Part shown: piece by piece, positions 17,275 through 26,606 of the stretch | How positions within the stretch are numbered: the first letter of the stretch is position 1 | Layout: each line of letters begins with the position of its first letter | NCBI GenBank assembly: GCA_010025475.1 | Contig: RGTE01000001.1 | Span: forward strand, 1-36,361 | Source of the DNA: Verrucomicrobiota bacterium | GTDB lineage: Bacteria > Verrucomicrobiota > Verrucomicrobiia > Methylacidiphilales > Verrucolacustridaceae | Direction of reading: 5' to 3' | Length of the DNA stretch: 36,361 nucleotides | Position numbers and translations under genes: made by a program | The notes under the pieces: model-generated | What the model saw: only the letters and a program-made list of their open reading frames with translations | Told to the model about the DNA's origin: nothing | Databases searched by the model: none

Positions 17275-18903
17275 ATGCCCATGGCTTCCCTGCCTGCCTC
17301 GGCTTGGGACAAGGAAAAGGCCGGGGTGTTGCTACAGAGGGCAGGCTTCGGTGGCACGCCGGAGGAAGTCGATGCCCTTGCCAGGATGCAACCCTGGCAG
17401 GCGGCAGACTTTTTGCTCGGTTCGCCCGAGCTCGCCAAGGCGGATCCCCCTGAATCCATCACGCGGCCGGGCCTCACGGAGCAGCAGCGCTACCTGCGCC
17501 GGCGGCTCACTCTGCTGACCCCCAAGGACCGCGAAGAAAAAGCAAGCCAGCTTAACCGCGCGGTCCGGGCCGAGCAGGAAAGGAGGCTCACCGAGCTCCG
17601 CGGTTGGTGGCTGGATCGGATGGCCAACTCCGCCACCGCCGCCCGGGAAAAACTCGTTCTTTTCCTGCATGGCCATTTCGCCACCAGCGAGGAAAAGGTC
17701 CGCAACCCGGTTCTGCTCTATCGCCAGAACCAAATGTTCCGGGAAAAGGCGCTGGGTCCGTGGTCGGAGTTGGTTCTCGGGATCGCCCGCGACCCCGCCA
17801 TGCTCATCTATTTGGATGGAGCGAAAAGCCGCCCGGAACATCCCAACGAAAATTTCTCCCGGGAACTCTTTGAGCTCTTTACCCTCGGAGAGGGAAACTA
17901 CACCGAGAAGGATATCCAGGAGTCCGCCCGCGCCTTCACCGGTTGGACGATCCGGATGACGAAAAAACCCGGGGAGGCCATGGATGAGGAAACCACCGAG
18001 CCCTACTTTGTGAACTATCCGAAGTGGCACGATGCCAAATCCAAGAAGATCTTCGGAAAAAGTGGCGGCTTTGACGGCGAGGATGTTGTCCGGCTCGCCT
18101 TGGAACAGCCCGCCGCCTCGCGCTGGATCACCGGCAAGCTTTGGCGGTTCTATACCGGGAGCAACCCCTCCCCCCCCATGCACCGGGAGTTGGTGGCCAC
18201 TTGGGACGAGAACAAAGGCCAGATCCGCCCCTTCCTTCAGGCCATGTGGACTCATCCCGAGTTTTACAACCCCGAGCTGGCCCGCAACCGGGTGAAGTCG
18301 CCGGTGGAATGGCTCGTCGGACTTTGCCGGCAACTGGGACGGGCTCTCCCCGCTCCCGCCCTCGCCTCGGAAATGACCTCCCAGCTTGGGCAAAAACTTT
18401 TCGCCCCGCCGAACGTGAAGGGCTGGGACGGCGGGATCACCTGGATCAACACCGCCAGCCTTGAAAAACGCTACGAATACGGAAACTGGCTGGTGGGGGG
18501 GACCGTCGGCATGCGTCGCTTGGGGGAGATGGATCTGGCGCGGTTGGCCATTCAAAGCGGGCTGCTTGAGGTTCCCCGCCCCATGATCGAAGGGAACGCG
18601 GTGGACGATCCCAATGTGAAAAAGGATTTCGCAGAGAAACGGAAAGCCGCCGCCCGGCAGGCCCGGGAGTTGCTGGCCATCTCGCCTGCACCTCTTGGGC
18701 CCCTCGCTGGGCCCGACGAACGCCAAGACCCGGATCGACTCGTGGCGCAGCTAAGCGCCCGCCTTTTGCCCGGAGAGCCGACTCCGCCGGAACTGCAGGC
18801 CCGTTACCGTAAAGCCACCGGGGAAGCGATCCCCCTGAATGACGCTGCGGTGCGCCAGACGATCCTCGCGATTGTGCAAAGCCCCGTCTACCAACTCGGA
18901 TGA
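17275..18903 (+). CDS. DUF1800 family protein
   Basis: LLQRAGFG, WWLDRM, REKLVLFLHGHFATS, DPAMLIYLD, PNENFSRELFELFTLG, ARAFTGW, KSPVE and PPNVKGW. Confidence 0.92.
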   Translation: MPMASLPASAWDKEKAGVLLQRAGFGGTPEEVDALARMQPWQAADFLLGSPELAKADPPESITRPGLTEQQRYLRRRLTLLTPKDREEKASQLNRAVRAEQERRLTELRGWWLDRMANSATAAREKLVLFLHGHFATSEEKVRNPVLLYRQNQMFREKALGPWSELVLGIARDPAMLIYLDGAKSRPEHPNENFSRELFELFTLGEGNYTEKDIQESARAFTGWTIRMTKKPGEAMDEETTEPYFVNYPKWHDAKSKKIFGKSGGFDGEDVVRLALEQPAASRWITGKLWRFYTGSNPSPPMHRELVATWDENKGQIRPFLQAMWTHPEFYNPELARNRVKSPVEWLVGLCRQLGRALPAPALASEMTSQLGQKLFAPPNVKGWDGGITWINTASLEKRYEYGNWLVGGTVGMRRLGEMDLARLAIQSGLLEVPRPMIEGNAVDDPNVKKDFAEKRKAAARQARELLAISPAPLGPLAGPDERQDPDRLVAQLSARLLPGEPTPPELQARYRKATGEAIPLNDAAVRQTILAIVQSPVYQLG

Positions 18904-18916
18904 AAGGAGCCGCCCC

Positions 18917-20236
18917 ATGAAAGAGCCTGGCCTGAAAACCCGCAGAGAGTTCCTCCGCACCGGCCTGCTGGGCAGCTCCCTTTCCTGGACGGTTCCCAGT
19001 TTCCTGCAGAACACCATGCTTTCCCTGCATGCTGCCGCGGATGGCCAGCTGGTACAGGGTGTGACCGGCAAGGACGGCAACATTCTCGTGGTTCTCCAAC
19101 TGGCCGGCGGCAACGACGGCCTCAATACGGTGGTGCCGATGGGCAACGACGATTATCGCCGCGCCCGCCCAACCTTGGGCATCCGGGAGGAGCAGGTGCT
19201 CAAGCTTGGTCAGAAAGAAAAGGCTGGTTTCCATCCTGCGCTGGCGGCTCTCGCCAAAGCCTATGCCGATGGCTCCCTCGCCGTGGTTCAGGGAGTCGGT
19301 TATCCCAACCCCAACCGCTCCCATTTCCGTTCCACGGAGATCTGGGCCACGGCCACGGATGAGAATCAATCCTCCTCCACCGGCTGGATCGGCCGTTACT
19401 TTGACAACGCCTGCTCCGGATGTGATGCCGCCGTCGGCATCACCCTTGGTTCCCAAACTCCACAGGCCTTTGCGGCCAAAACCCCCAAGGGAGTCCTCTA
19501 TGAGGCCGGCGGCGGCAAACGACGCAGGCTGGGCGCCGACGGCGAGCCGGAGGCGGATGGTTCCATGGCCATGGCGATGGACGGGGAGGCCGAGGAAGGC
19601 CCCGCCGGCGGATCCATCGGGGACATCGCCGGCCCCTCCGGAAAAATCAATGCCCTGGATTTTCTCGAGCGGACCGAGATGGACGTCCAGATAACCCAGA
19701 AGGAAATCGCCGCCGCCGCCGGGCGCGGAAAAAACGGTGTTCCGTACCCGGGCTCCTGGCTGGGAAACCAGTTCGCCCTCATCTCACGCCTGATCGCCGG
19801 TGGCATGAAGACCCGGGTTTACTATGTCTCCCAAGGCGGCTACGACACCCACACCGGCCAGGCCAATGCGCAGGAGAGACTTCTCCGGGAAATGGGGGAT
19901 GCGGTGGCCGCCTTCCTCGCCGATCTCAAGGCGCAAGGCAACCTTGGCCGGGTCACTCTCATGACCTTCAGTGAATTCGGTCGGCGAGTGAAGGAAAATG
20001 CCAGTGGGGGCACCGACCACGGCGCGGCTGCTCCCCTGTTTCTGGCGGGTGGCGGTGTGACCGCCGGACTTCTCGGGCAGATGCCCTCATTGGCTCCGCG
20101 TGATCTCGACGATGGCGATGTCAAATTCACCGTCGATTTCCGCTCTGTCTACGCCACGATTCTGGAAAAGCACCTCGGAGTGAAATCCGACCCCATTCTC
20201 GGCCGCGCCTTTCCGCTGCTCAAAGCCTACGGTTAG
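18917..20236 (+). CDS. DUF1501 family protein (Tat-like signal)
   Basis: AAGGAG RBS; TRREFL, LAGGNDGLNTVVP, VGYPNPNRSHFRS, GGYDTH, SEFGRRVKENASGGTDHG and VDFRSVYAT. Confidence 0.92.
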   Translation: MKEPGLKTRREFLRTGLLGSSLSWTVPSFLQNTMLSLHAAADGQLVQGVTGKDGNILVVLQLAGGNDGLNTVVPMGNDDYRRARPTLGIREEQVLKLGQKEKAGFHPALAALAKAYADGSLAVVQGVGYPNPNRSHFRSTEIWATATDENQSSSTGWIGRYFDNACSGCDAAVGITLGSQTPQAFAAKTPKGVLYEAGGGKRRRLGADGEPEADGSMAMAMDGEAEEGPAGGSIGDIAGPSGKINALDFLERTEMDVQITQKEIAAAAGRGKNGVPYPGSWLGNQFALISRLIAGGMKTRVYYVSQGGYDTHTGQANAQERLLREMGDAVAAFLADLKAQGNLGRVTLMTFSEFGRRVKENASGGTDHGAAAPLFLAGGGVTAGLLGQMPSLAPRDLDDGDVKFTVDFRSVYATILEKHLGVKSDPILGRAFPLLKAYG

Positions 20237-20242
20237 CCAAAA

Positions 20243-20704
20243 TTATGGCTGGGTCGCTGGTTCCGTAGTCGGCCCTTCCCCTGCCGGAGCTTGCTCCACC
20301 GTGGTCTTGGGCGCCGACTCCACCTCGATCTTCACAAATTTCACCGGCCCCTTGCGACCCAGGCTGTTCTTCCACGTCCCTTCCAGGATTTTCGCATCGG
20401 AGGAAATCTCGAGTTCCAATTCAACTTTCGGATCAAAGCCTGGCTTGGGCAAAGTGGTGTAGGTGACGGGAATTTTCACCCGGGCCCCCTCGATCTTGGC
20501 GCCCTTGCTGTGCCATACCCCCGGGCCTCCCCCGGCCCAGACCCCGTATCCCGCCACATGAATGGTCGCCCCCTCCTGGGAAATAATGATCGCGGACTGC
20601 CCGATCCCCACGGCCGTGTTTTTCCACAGCCCCGCCAACTGGGCCTGCTCGGCCCATCCACCCGAACCGATCGCCATCCAAGCCAGGAAGAAAAGTTTTT
20701 TCAT
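20243..20704 (-). CDS. Exported beta-rich hypothetical protein
   Basis: Signal peptide MKKLFFLAWMAIGSGGWA; LAGLWKN...LEGTWKN; Pro/Thr/Glu-rich tail. Confidence 0.7.
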   Translation of the reverse strand: MKKLFFLAWMAIGSGGWAEQAQLAGLWKNTAVGIGQSAIIISQEGATIHVAGYGVWAGGGPGVWHSKGAKIEGARVKIPVTYTTLPKPGFDPKVELELEISSDAKILEGTWKNSLGRKGPVKFVKIEVESAPKTTVEQAPAGEGPTTEPATQP

Positions 20705-20764
20705 CTGCGCGATCGTGTCTGCCCGCTTTCCGCCCGCAAGCCGTATCTCCGCTTTTTGGGGCCT

Positions 20765-22528
20765 TTAGGCTTTTGCGCCTTTCAAGAGGCTCACCGCCTT
20801 CATCACTTTTCCATCTCCTTTTCGCAGGGCCAGTGCTGCAGCCCCCCCATCCACTCCGGTGAGCATTCGCACCAGGCGGGTTGCCCGGGCTCGCAACTTC
20901 GCATTCGATGGCACCACGTTCACCATCAGGTTGTCATGCACCCGGCCCAACCGGATCATCGCCACGGAGCTGAGGATGTTGCAGACCACCTTGGTGACGG
21001 TGCCGGCCTTTAACCGGGTAGAACCCGCGATCAGCTCGGGACCGACGTCGAGCCGCACCACTGCATCAGGCCGGATTCCGCCTTGGTCCGCCTTCCAACG
21101 GGAATGCGCCGTCACCAAAACCGTTTTGGCCCCCCCCTTGGCGGCTTGCCGGAGAGCGCCCTGCACAAACGGAGTCCGCCCGCTCGCCGTCAGCCCCACC
21201 ACCACATCCCTTTTCGCCACCCTCCGTTCGATGATCGCCCGCGCTCCTGCCCCAGCATCATCCTCCGCTCCCTCCTGCGCCCGGAAAATGGCCTCCGGTC
21301 CCCCGGCCAGAATCGCCTGCACCTCCTCGGGATCGGCGTGGAAAGTCGGCGGCATCTCGCTTGCGTCCAAAACCCCCAACCGGCCGCTTGTGCCCGCTCC
21401 CACATAAAAGAGGCGCCCGCCACGTTGCAAAACCGTGGAAACGATTCCCGCAGCCCGGCCGATCTCCGGCGCCGCTTTCCGCAAAGCCCGAAAATTTTCC
21501 GCCTCCTCCCCGACAAACAGCCGGACCAGCTGACTCACCGACTTTTTGTGCAGCCCGCGGGACCGGGAATTGGCCCTTTCGGTCGGCAACGCCTCCACGT
21601 CCACAAACTTCTCCTGAGCCGGGTGCGACCAATTCAGTCCTGAGGCTCCCACCAATTTTACGGCCCCAACTTCCCCCGGGGTTTTCAGGAGGGAGAGTTG
21701 GGCTCCGGGGAGATGCTCGGCGGTGGCCTGAGAAAACTGCCTCCGATAATAAGGGCTTTCAAAAAGCCCTCCCGTCAGGGCGACACGGGGTCGCCGGACC
21801 CGCCGTCTTGCCACGAGCTCCGCCAACCGTTCCGCCAACTCCCCGGCAGCCTCCCGAACCACCATTTGGGCCAGCCGGTCTCCCCGGGCGGCGGCCCGCA
21901 GCACCACCGGTGCGAACCCCGCGAACCACTCCTTGCCGTGCGGGCGGTACACTTCGCGCAGTAGCCGATCCAAGTCGGCCGCCCCGGCGTGGGCGAGCAG
22001 ACCGGCCGCCAAGGGTGGAGGTTTTCCGCTCCGGTCCCTCTCCCGATAAACCGCCCGGAGGGCACGCTGGGCGATGTCGTAGCCACTGCCGGCGTCTCCC
22101 AAAAGGTGACCATGTCCTCCCGCGCTTTGCTTTTTCCCGGCGATCCGAGCCACCACGTTGCTCCCGGTGCCGGCGATCACCAGAAAGCCGTCCCCTTGGC
22201 CCCACGCCGCCGACAGGGCGGAGTCCGTGTCCTGCCCCACGGAAATTTTTTTCACTTTGGGCCAGACGGAATGCAGGGCCGATCGGACGGTTTCGAATTC
22301 CGCTTTTCCTCTCGCCCCGGCGAAGCCACCCCCGATCGCCACGGGAACCCGGGGCAGATTTTGGGAAATCCGCTGGAACATTTTTCTCAATCGATCCCTT
22401 CCCACCTGCAATACGTTGCCCGGACCCTCAATCCCATGGGCCAGCGGCCGGCCGCGCGCGTCCAGAAGGATCCAGCGGGTTTTGGTTCCCCCGCCCTCGA
22501 TCCCCAGCACCGGCCCGTTTTCTTTCAC
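20765..22528 (-). CDS. murQ: Fusion: BadF/BadG-type N-acetylhexosamine (MurNAc/GlcNAc) kinase + N-acetylmuramic acid 6-phosphate etherase
   Basis: Kinase part: LGIEGGGTKT, GGGFAG, VIAGTGS, GGHGHLLGDAGSGY, ALTGGLF. MurQ part: PTERAN, YVGAGTSGRLGVLDASEMPPTF, EGAEDD, GPELIAGSTRLKAGT, NLMVNV. One continuous frame; start GTG 22528 or 22543. Confidence 0.9.
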   Translation of the reverse strand: MKENGPVLGIEGGGTKTRWILLDARGRPLAHGIEGPGNVLQVGRDRLRKMFQRISQNLPRVPVAIGGGFAGARGKAEFETVRSALHSVWPKVKKISVGQDTDSALSAAWGQGDGFLVIAGTGSNVVARIAGKKQSAGGHGHLLGDAGSGYDIAQRALRAVYRERDRSGKPPPLAAGLLAHAGAADLDRLLREVYRPHGKEWFAGFAPVVLRAAARGDRLAQMVVREAAGELAERLAELVARRRVRRPRVALTGGLFESPYYRRQFSQATAEHLPGAQLSLLKTPGEVGAVKLVGASGLNWSHPAQEKFVDVEALPTERANSRSRGLHKKSVSQLVRLFVGEEAENFRALRKAAPEIGRAAGIVSTVLQRGGRLFYVGAGTSGRLGVLDASEMPPTFHADPEEVQAILAGGPEAIFRAQEGAEDDAGAGARAIIERRVAKRDVVVGLTASGRTPFVQGALRQAAKGGAKTVLVTAHSRWKADQGGIRPDAVVRLDVGPELIAGSTRLKAGTVTKVVCNILSSVAMIRLGRVHDNLMVNVVPSNAKLRARATRLVRMLTGVDGGAAALALRKGDGKVMKAVSLLKGAKA

Positions 22529-22566
22529 GTTGCCCTGCTTCACCTCACGCCCAAAATGCCTTCCCG

Positions 22567-22911
22567 ATGAAAAAGCTGCGATGGAAAAACTTCCTCCTTC
22601 CGGGGGTGTACTACCTCGCCATCCTGAGCCTCTCCTTGATCCCAAAATCCGGGGTGGATGCCGTCAACCACGTCGTTCCCCTGCCCAACGACAAGATTCT
22701 GCATCTCGGGGTCTATTCGGGCCTGGGGTTCTTGCTGGGGGGATTGCCCTACCCTTCGCCATGGCTTGGAATGATCGGTTCTTGGATGGGAGCCATCGAT
22801 GAACAGGTGCAGCGGCTTGCGCCGGGGCGCGAGGTCTGCGTCCCGGATTGGATCGCCGACATCATCGGAATTTCCGTTGGTCTTGGCCTGAGACGCCGCT
22901 TCCAGAGATGA
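22567..22911 (+). CDS. VanZ family membrane protein
   Basis: DKILHLGVYSGLG, AIDEQVQRLAPGR and DWIADIIG. ATGA overlap with ligA. Confidence 0.88.
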   Translation: MKKLRWKNFLLPGVYYLAILSLSLIPKSGVDAVNHVVPLPNDKILHLGVYSGLGFLLGGLPYPSPWLGMIGSWMGAIDEQVQRLAPGREVCVPDWIADIIGISVGLGLRRRFQR

Positions 22912-24911
22912 GCCCCACCCCCGCCCAGCGCTACGCCAAATTGCTGGAGGAGGTCCGGCGCCACGACCGCCTTTATTACGTGGAGGCCCGGCCGGAGATT
23001 TCCGACGCCGCCTATGACCGGCTTTACCGGGAGCTTCTGGATTTTGAAAAAGCCCATCCAGGCCTGATGGACGAAAACTCGCCCACGAAAAAAGTCGGCG
23101 GGGCGCCGCTCGACTCCTTCCGCACGATCCGTCACGCCGTGCCCATGCAAAGTCTGAACAATACGTACAGCGAGGAGGAGTTGGGCGAGTTTCTTGACCG
23201 GGTCGCCAAGAACCTCCATGGCCAGTCCGCCGAGTTTGCGATCGAGCCCAAGGTGGATGGGGTCGCGGTCAGTGTCCGCTACGAACACGGCCGTCTCGTG
23301 CAAGGACTGACCCGCGGGGATGGCGAAAAAGGCGACGACATCACCGAGAACCTGAAGACCATTCGCAACTTGCCGCTTTCGGTGGATGACCTGCCCAAGG
23401 TCATCGAATTCCGCGGGGAGGTTTATCTTCCCGAGCCCGCCTTTGCCGCCCTGAACCGGGCCCGGGAAAGAGCCGGTGAACCGCTTTTCGCCAATCCGCG
23501 CAACGCTGCCGCGGGAACCCTTAAATTGCTGGACTCCCGCGAGGTGGCGAAGCGCCCCCTCGCGGTTGTTTTTTACGGACTAGGAGAGGCCCCTGGCGCC
23601 AAGACAACTTCCCAGGTTGATCTGCATCAACAGATTTCGAAGTGGGGTCTGCCGGGTCATGAATGGTTCCGGCACGTCAAGGGCGCGGACGGTGTGCTGG
23701 CCGCCGTCCGCCAGCTCGACAAGGATCGCGCCAGATTCCCCTTCGCCACCGATGGAGCCGTGATCAAGGTAAGCCGCTTTGATCAGCAAAAGATCCTTGG
23801 CTCGACCGACAAGGCGCCCCGCTGGGCCATCGCCTACAAGTATGCCCCCGAGCAGGCGGAAACCCGGCTGCATGCCGTGACCTATCAGGTCGGCCGCACG
23901 GGCGTGATCACCCCGGTGGCCGAATTGGATCCAGTCCAACTTAGCGGCACCACCGTTTCCCGCGCGACGTTGCACAACTTCGAGGAAATCGCCCGCAAGG
24001 ACATCCGCGTGGGTGATTTCGTCACCGTCGAGAAAGCCGGAGAGATCATTCCGGCGGTCATTGCGGTGAACCTGAAAAAACGCCTCAAGGAGTCCAAGCC
24101 CATCCGTCCCCCGGCCCAATGTCCCGTCTGCGGTGGACCGCTCCGGAAAGAAGAGGTGTTTCTCCGCTGCACTTCCCGGGATTGTGTGGGGCAGCTGAAG
24201 CGCCGACTCCAGCACTTTGCCCACCGCGGCGCCATGGACATCGAAGGCATGGGAGAGGTGATGGTCGGTCAGCTTGTCGATGCCGGACTGATTCAACACT
24301 TGGAAGAGATTTACGAGCTCAGCGCCGGACCGCTGGAGGGACTCGAAAGAATGGGGGAAAAGTCAGCCACCAACCTGATCGAGGGCATTCAGGCCAGCAA
24401 GCGGCGTCCTCTCTGGCGCCTGATCTTCGGGCTGGGCATTCCCCAGGTCGGCGCCGTATTGGCGGAGGCCCTGGCCCGTCACTTTCAATCCATGGAAAAA
24501 CTGGAAAAAGCGGAGGTGGCGGACCTAGTGCAAGTCAAGGATGTCGGCCAAAAAGTGGCTGAGGAGATTTTTCATTTCTTCAGGGAATCTTCCACTCATC
24601 GGCTGCTCCGGGGCTTGAAGAAAGCCGGTTGTAATTTTCACGCCTTGGAGGAGGAACTCGCTGTGCGGGGCGGGGTCTTTTCGGGCAAAAAGTTTGTCAT
24701 CACGGGAACTCTCCATGCCCCGCGTGAGGATTTCACGCGGAGGATCCAGTCGCTCGGTGGCTCGGTTTCCGGCTCGGTCAGCGCCAAGACCGACTATCTT
24801 TTGGCCGGTGAGGAGGCGGGCTCCAAACTGGACAAAGCCAAGGCTCTTGGCATCCGCATCCTTTCGGAAAGGGAGTTCGAAAAGCTTGCTGGCTCCGACT
24901 CGCGGGAGTGA
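22908..24911 (+). CDS. ligA: NAD-dependent DNA ligase
   Basis: ISDAAYD, EPKVDG, LTRGDG, EFRGEV, NPRNAAAG, DGAVIK, APRWAIAYK, zinc finger CPVCG and BRCT. Confidence 0.98.
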   Translation: MSPTPAQRYAKLLEEVRRHDRLYYVEARPEISDAAYDRLYRELLDFEKAHPGLMDENSPTKKVGGAPLDSFRTIRHAVPMQSLNNTYSEEELGEFLDRVAKNLHGQSAEFAIEPKVDGVAVSVRYEHGRLVQGLTRGDGEKGDDITENLKTIRNLPLSVDDLPKVIEFRGEVYLPEPAFAALNRARERAGEPLFANPRNAAAGTLKLLDSREVAKRPLAVVFYGLGEAPGAKTTSQVDLHQQISKWGLPGHEWFRHVKGADGVLAAVRQLDKDRARFPFATDGAVIKVSRFDQQKILGSTDKAPRWAIAYKYAPEQAETRLHAVTYQVGRTGVITPVAELDPVQLSGTTVSRATLHNFEEIARKDIRVGDFVTVEKAGEIIPAVIAVNLKKRLKESKPIRPPAQCPVCGGPLRKEEVFLRCTSRDCVGQLKRRLQHFAHRGAMDIEGMGEVMVGQLVDAGLIQHLEEIYELSAGPLEGLERMGEKSATNLIEGIQASKRRPLWRLIFGLGIPQVGAVLAEALARHFQSMEKLEKAEVADLVQVKDVGQKVAEEIFHFFRESSTHRLLRGLKKAGCNFHALEEELAVRGGVFSGKKFVITGTLHAPREDFTRRIQSLGGSVSGSVSAKTDYLLAGEEAGSKLDKAKALGIRILSEREFEKLAGSDSRE

Positions 24912-24922
24912 TAATCCCTTCC

Positions 24923-25477
24923 ATGGATGTTGGGAATTACGGAAGGCAGACGGTGTTATTGGCGATGGCGATCCTCGGTTTCCTCGCTGCCGGACCGCTT
25001 TTCGCCCAACTCAGTCCCGGTGCGGCCGAAGATGCCGAAGCAGAACGCCGCAAAATCCTCAAAGCGGCGGACCAGGTTGATCGGATGGATTCCAGCGTGG
25101 AGGAGATGAAGGCGCGCATCGCCGCCTTGGAGAAGATTCTCGAGGATGTCAAACAACAGTCCAATTCCCTGAAGGAGAGCCTTGCCAGCACCGCCGCGAA
25201 GGCGGAAAAGGAAAAGCAAAGTTTGTTGGAGGAAGTTTCCAAAATGCTGGCAGAGACAAAAGCCAGGGAAAAATCAACTCCTGCCGAGTCCAAACCTGCG
25301 CCGCGCGAGGGGTACGAGCACACCGTGGCCAAGGGCGACACCCTGAGTTCCATCGTCCAAGCCTATAACAAAGAATACGGCCTGAAGCTCACGGTGGAGT
25401 CCGTTCGCAAAGCCAACCAACTTTCGAAGGACGCGGCCCTCAAGGTGGGCCAGAAACTTCTCATCCCCTCAAGCTAG
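24923..25477 (+). CDS. Exported coiled-coil + LysM protein
   Basis: Signal-like segment, long coiled coil, and C-terminal LysM HTVAKGDTLSSIV...IRKAN-like segment (VRKAN)...LKVGQKLLIP. The start is uncertain (24908, 24923 or 24965). Confidence 0.85.
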   Translation: MDVGNYGRQTVLLAMAILGFLAAGPLFAQLSPGAAEDAEAERRKILKAADQVDRMDSSVEEMKARIAALEKILEDVKQQSNSLKESLASTAAKAEKEKQSLLEEVSKMLAETKAREKSTPAESKPAPREGYEHTVAKGDTLSSIVQAYNKEYGLKLTVESVRKANQLSKDAALKVGQKLLIPSS

Positions 25478-25484
25478 GCTCCCC

Positions 25485-26030
25485 ATGCCCTCGCCCGCCT
25501 CCGCCTTCCGGCTGCAAAAAGTTCAGACGGGGCGGGTCTTGGGCCCCATGGACCTGGATCATCTCAAGGCTTTGGCGAATCAGTCGCTGATTGCGCCGGA
25601 CGATCTGGTGCAGGTCGACGAAGGCCCCTGGCAAAAGGCCCCGGAGGTCGCTGAGCTGGAGATGCTCTGGATGGTCGAACCGCTCGACGGGCCGCGGTAC
25701 GGCCCCACCACGGCGGGAACGATTGCGGAATTCCTCCAGAGCGGCCAGCTCGGGGGCTCGGAACTGGTCACCCAAATTCGGACCAAGGAGACTTACACCG
25801 TTTCGGAGTTTCTTGAGGAAATTAAGCGTCGGCGGGATAACAAGCTCAAGAGCAGGACGATCAAGCTGGAGGATCATAACAACGACCGTCCCGCCAGCGT
25901 GATGGCCGAAAGCCCGGCCTTCGATGCCGCCCTTAGGCTTCGCATTCGGCAACTCGAAGCCGATCTGGCCGAGGCCCAAAAACTTCTCGAAAAACAATCT
26001 GCCGAGTTGGCTCGTCTACGCAGCAATTAG
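25485..26030 (+). CDS. Hypothetical protein with two GYF_2/DUF4339-like repeats and a coiled coil
   Basis: GRVLGPMDLDHLKALANQSLIAPDDLV...PWQKAPEV and GPRYGPTTAGTIAEFLQSGQLGGSELV, then C-terminal heptads. Confidence 0.7.
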   Translation: MPSPASAFRLQKVQTGRVLGPMDLDHLKALANQSLIAPDDLVQVDEGPWQKAPEVAELEMLWMVEPLDGPRYGPTTAGTIAEFLQSGQLGGSELVTQIRTKETYTVSEFLEEIKRRRDNKLKSRTIKLEDHNNDRPASVMAESPAFDAALRLRIRQLEADLAEAQKLLEKQSAELARLRSN

Positions 26031-26047
26031 GGATTGGGTCTTTCGGT

Positions 26048-26077
26048 TTGACCCTGCGGCGTTTTCTCCGCTACTCT
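26048..26077 (+). promoter_or_regulatory. Putative sigma70 promoter of ilvH-ilvC
   Basis: TTGACC-N18-TACTCT, 22 nt before ATG 26100. Confidence 0.5.
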
Positions 26078-26099
26078 TTCCAGTTCAACATCTTCCCTT

Positions 26100-26573
26100 A
26101 TGCGTCACACCATTTCCGTCGTGGTTCAGAACCGGTTCGGGGTGCTCACCCGGATCGCCGGGCTATTTAGCGGCCGCGGGTTCAACATCGACACCCTGAA
26201 CGTCGGCCCAACCCAGAACGACAAAATTTCCCGCATGACCATTGTGGTCGTGGGGAACGATCAGGTTCTTGAGCAGGTCGTGAAGCAACTGAAAAAGCTC
26301 GTGGATGTCCTCGAAGTCCACGATTTTAAGGATGGTGACGTGATTGACCGGGAGCTGATCCTCATCAAGGTGAAGGCCAACTCCTCCACCCGCCCGGAAG
26401 TCATGCAGATCTGTGACATCTTCCGAGCAAAGATCGTGGATGTGCAGTCCGCCAGCCTGGCCATCGAGGTGACCGGCGATGAGAGCAAAATCGATAAGTT
26501 CCTTGCCCTGATGAAACCGTTCGGAATTCTCGAACTCAGCCGCACAGGCCGGATCGCCCTGCCCCGGCGCTGA
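26100..26573 (+). CDS. ilvH: Acetolactate synthase small (regulatory) subunit
   Basis: MRHTISVVVQNRFGVLTRIAGLFSGRGFNIDTL, RELILIKV and RTGRIAL. Confidence 0.97.
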   Translation: MRHTISVVVQNRFGVLTRIAGLFSGRGFNIDTLNVGPTQNDKISRMTIVVVGNDQVLEQVVKQLKKLVDVLEVHDFKDGDVIDRELILIKVKANSSTRPEVMQICDIFRAKIVDVQSASLAIEVTGDESKIDKFLALMKPFGILELSRTGRIALPRR

Positions 26574-26606
26574 AGTCTTCCCACAACCCCCAAAGGAGAC
26601 CCCCCC

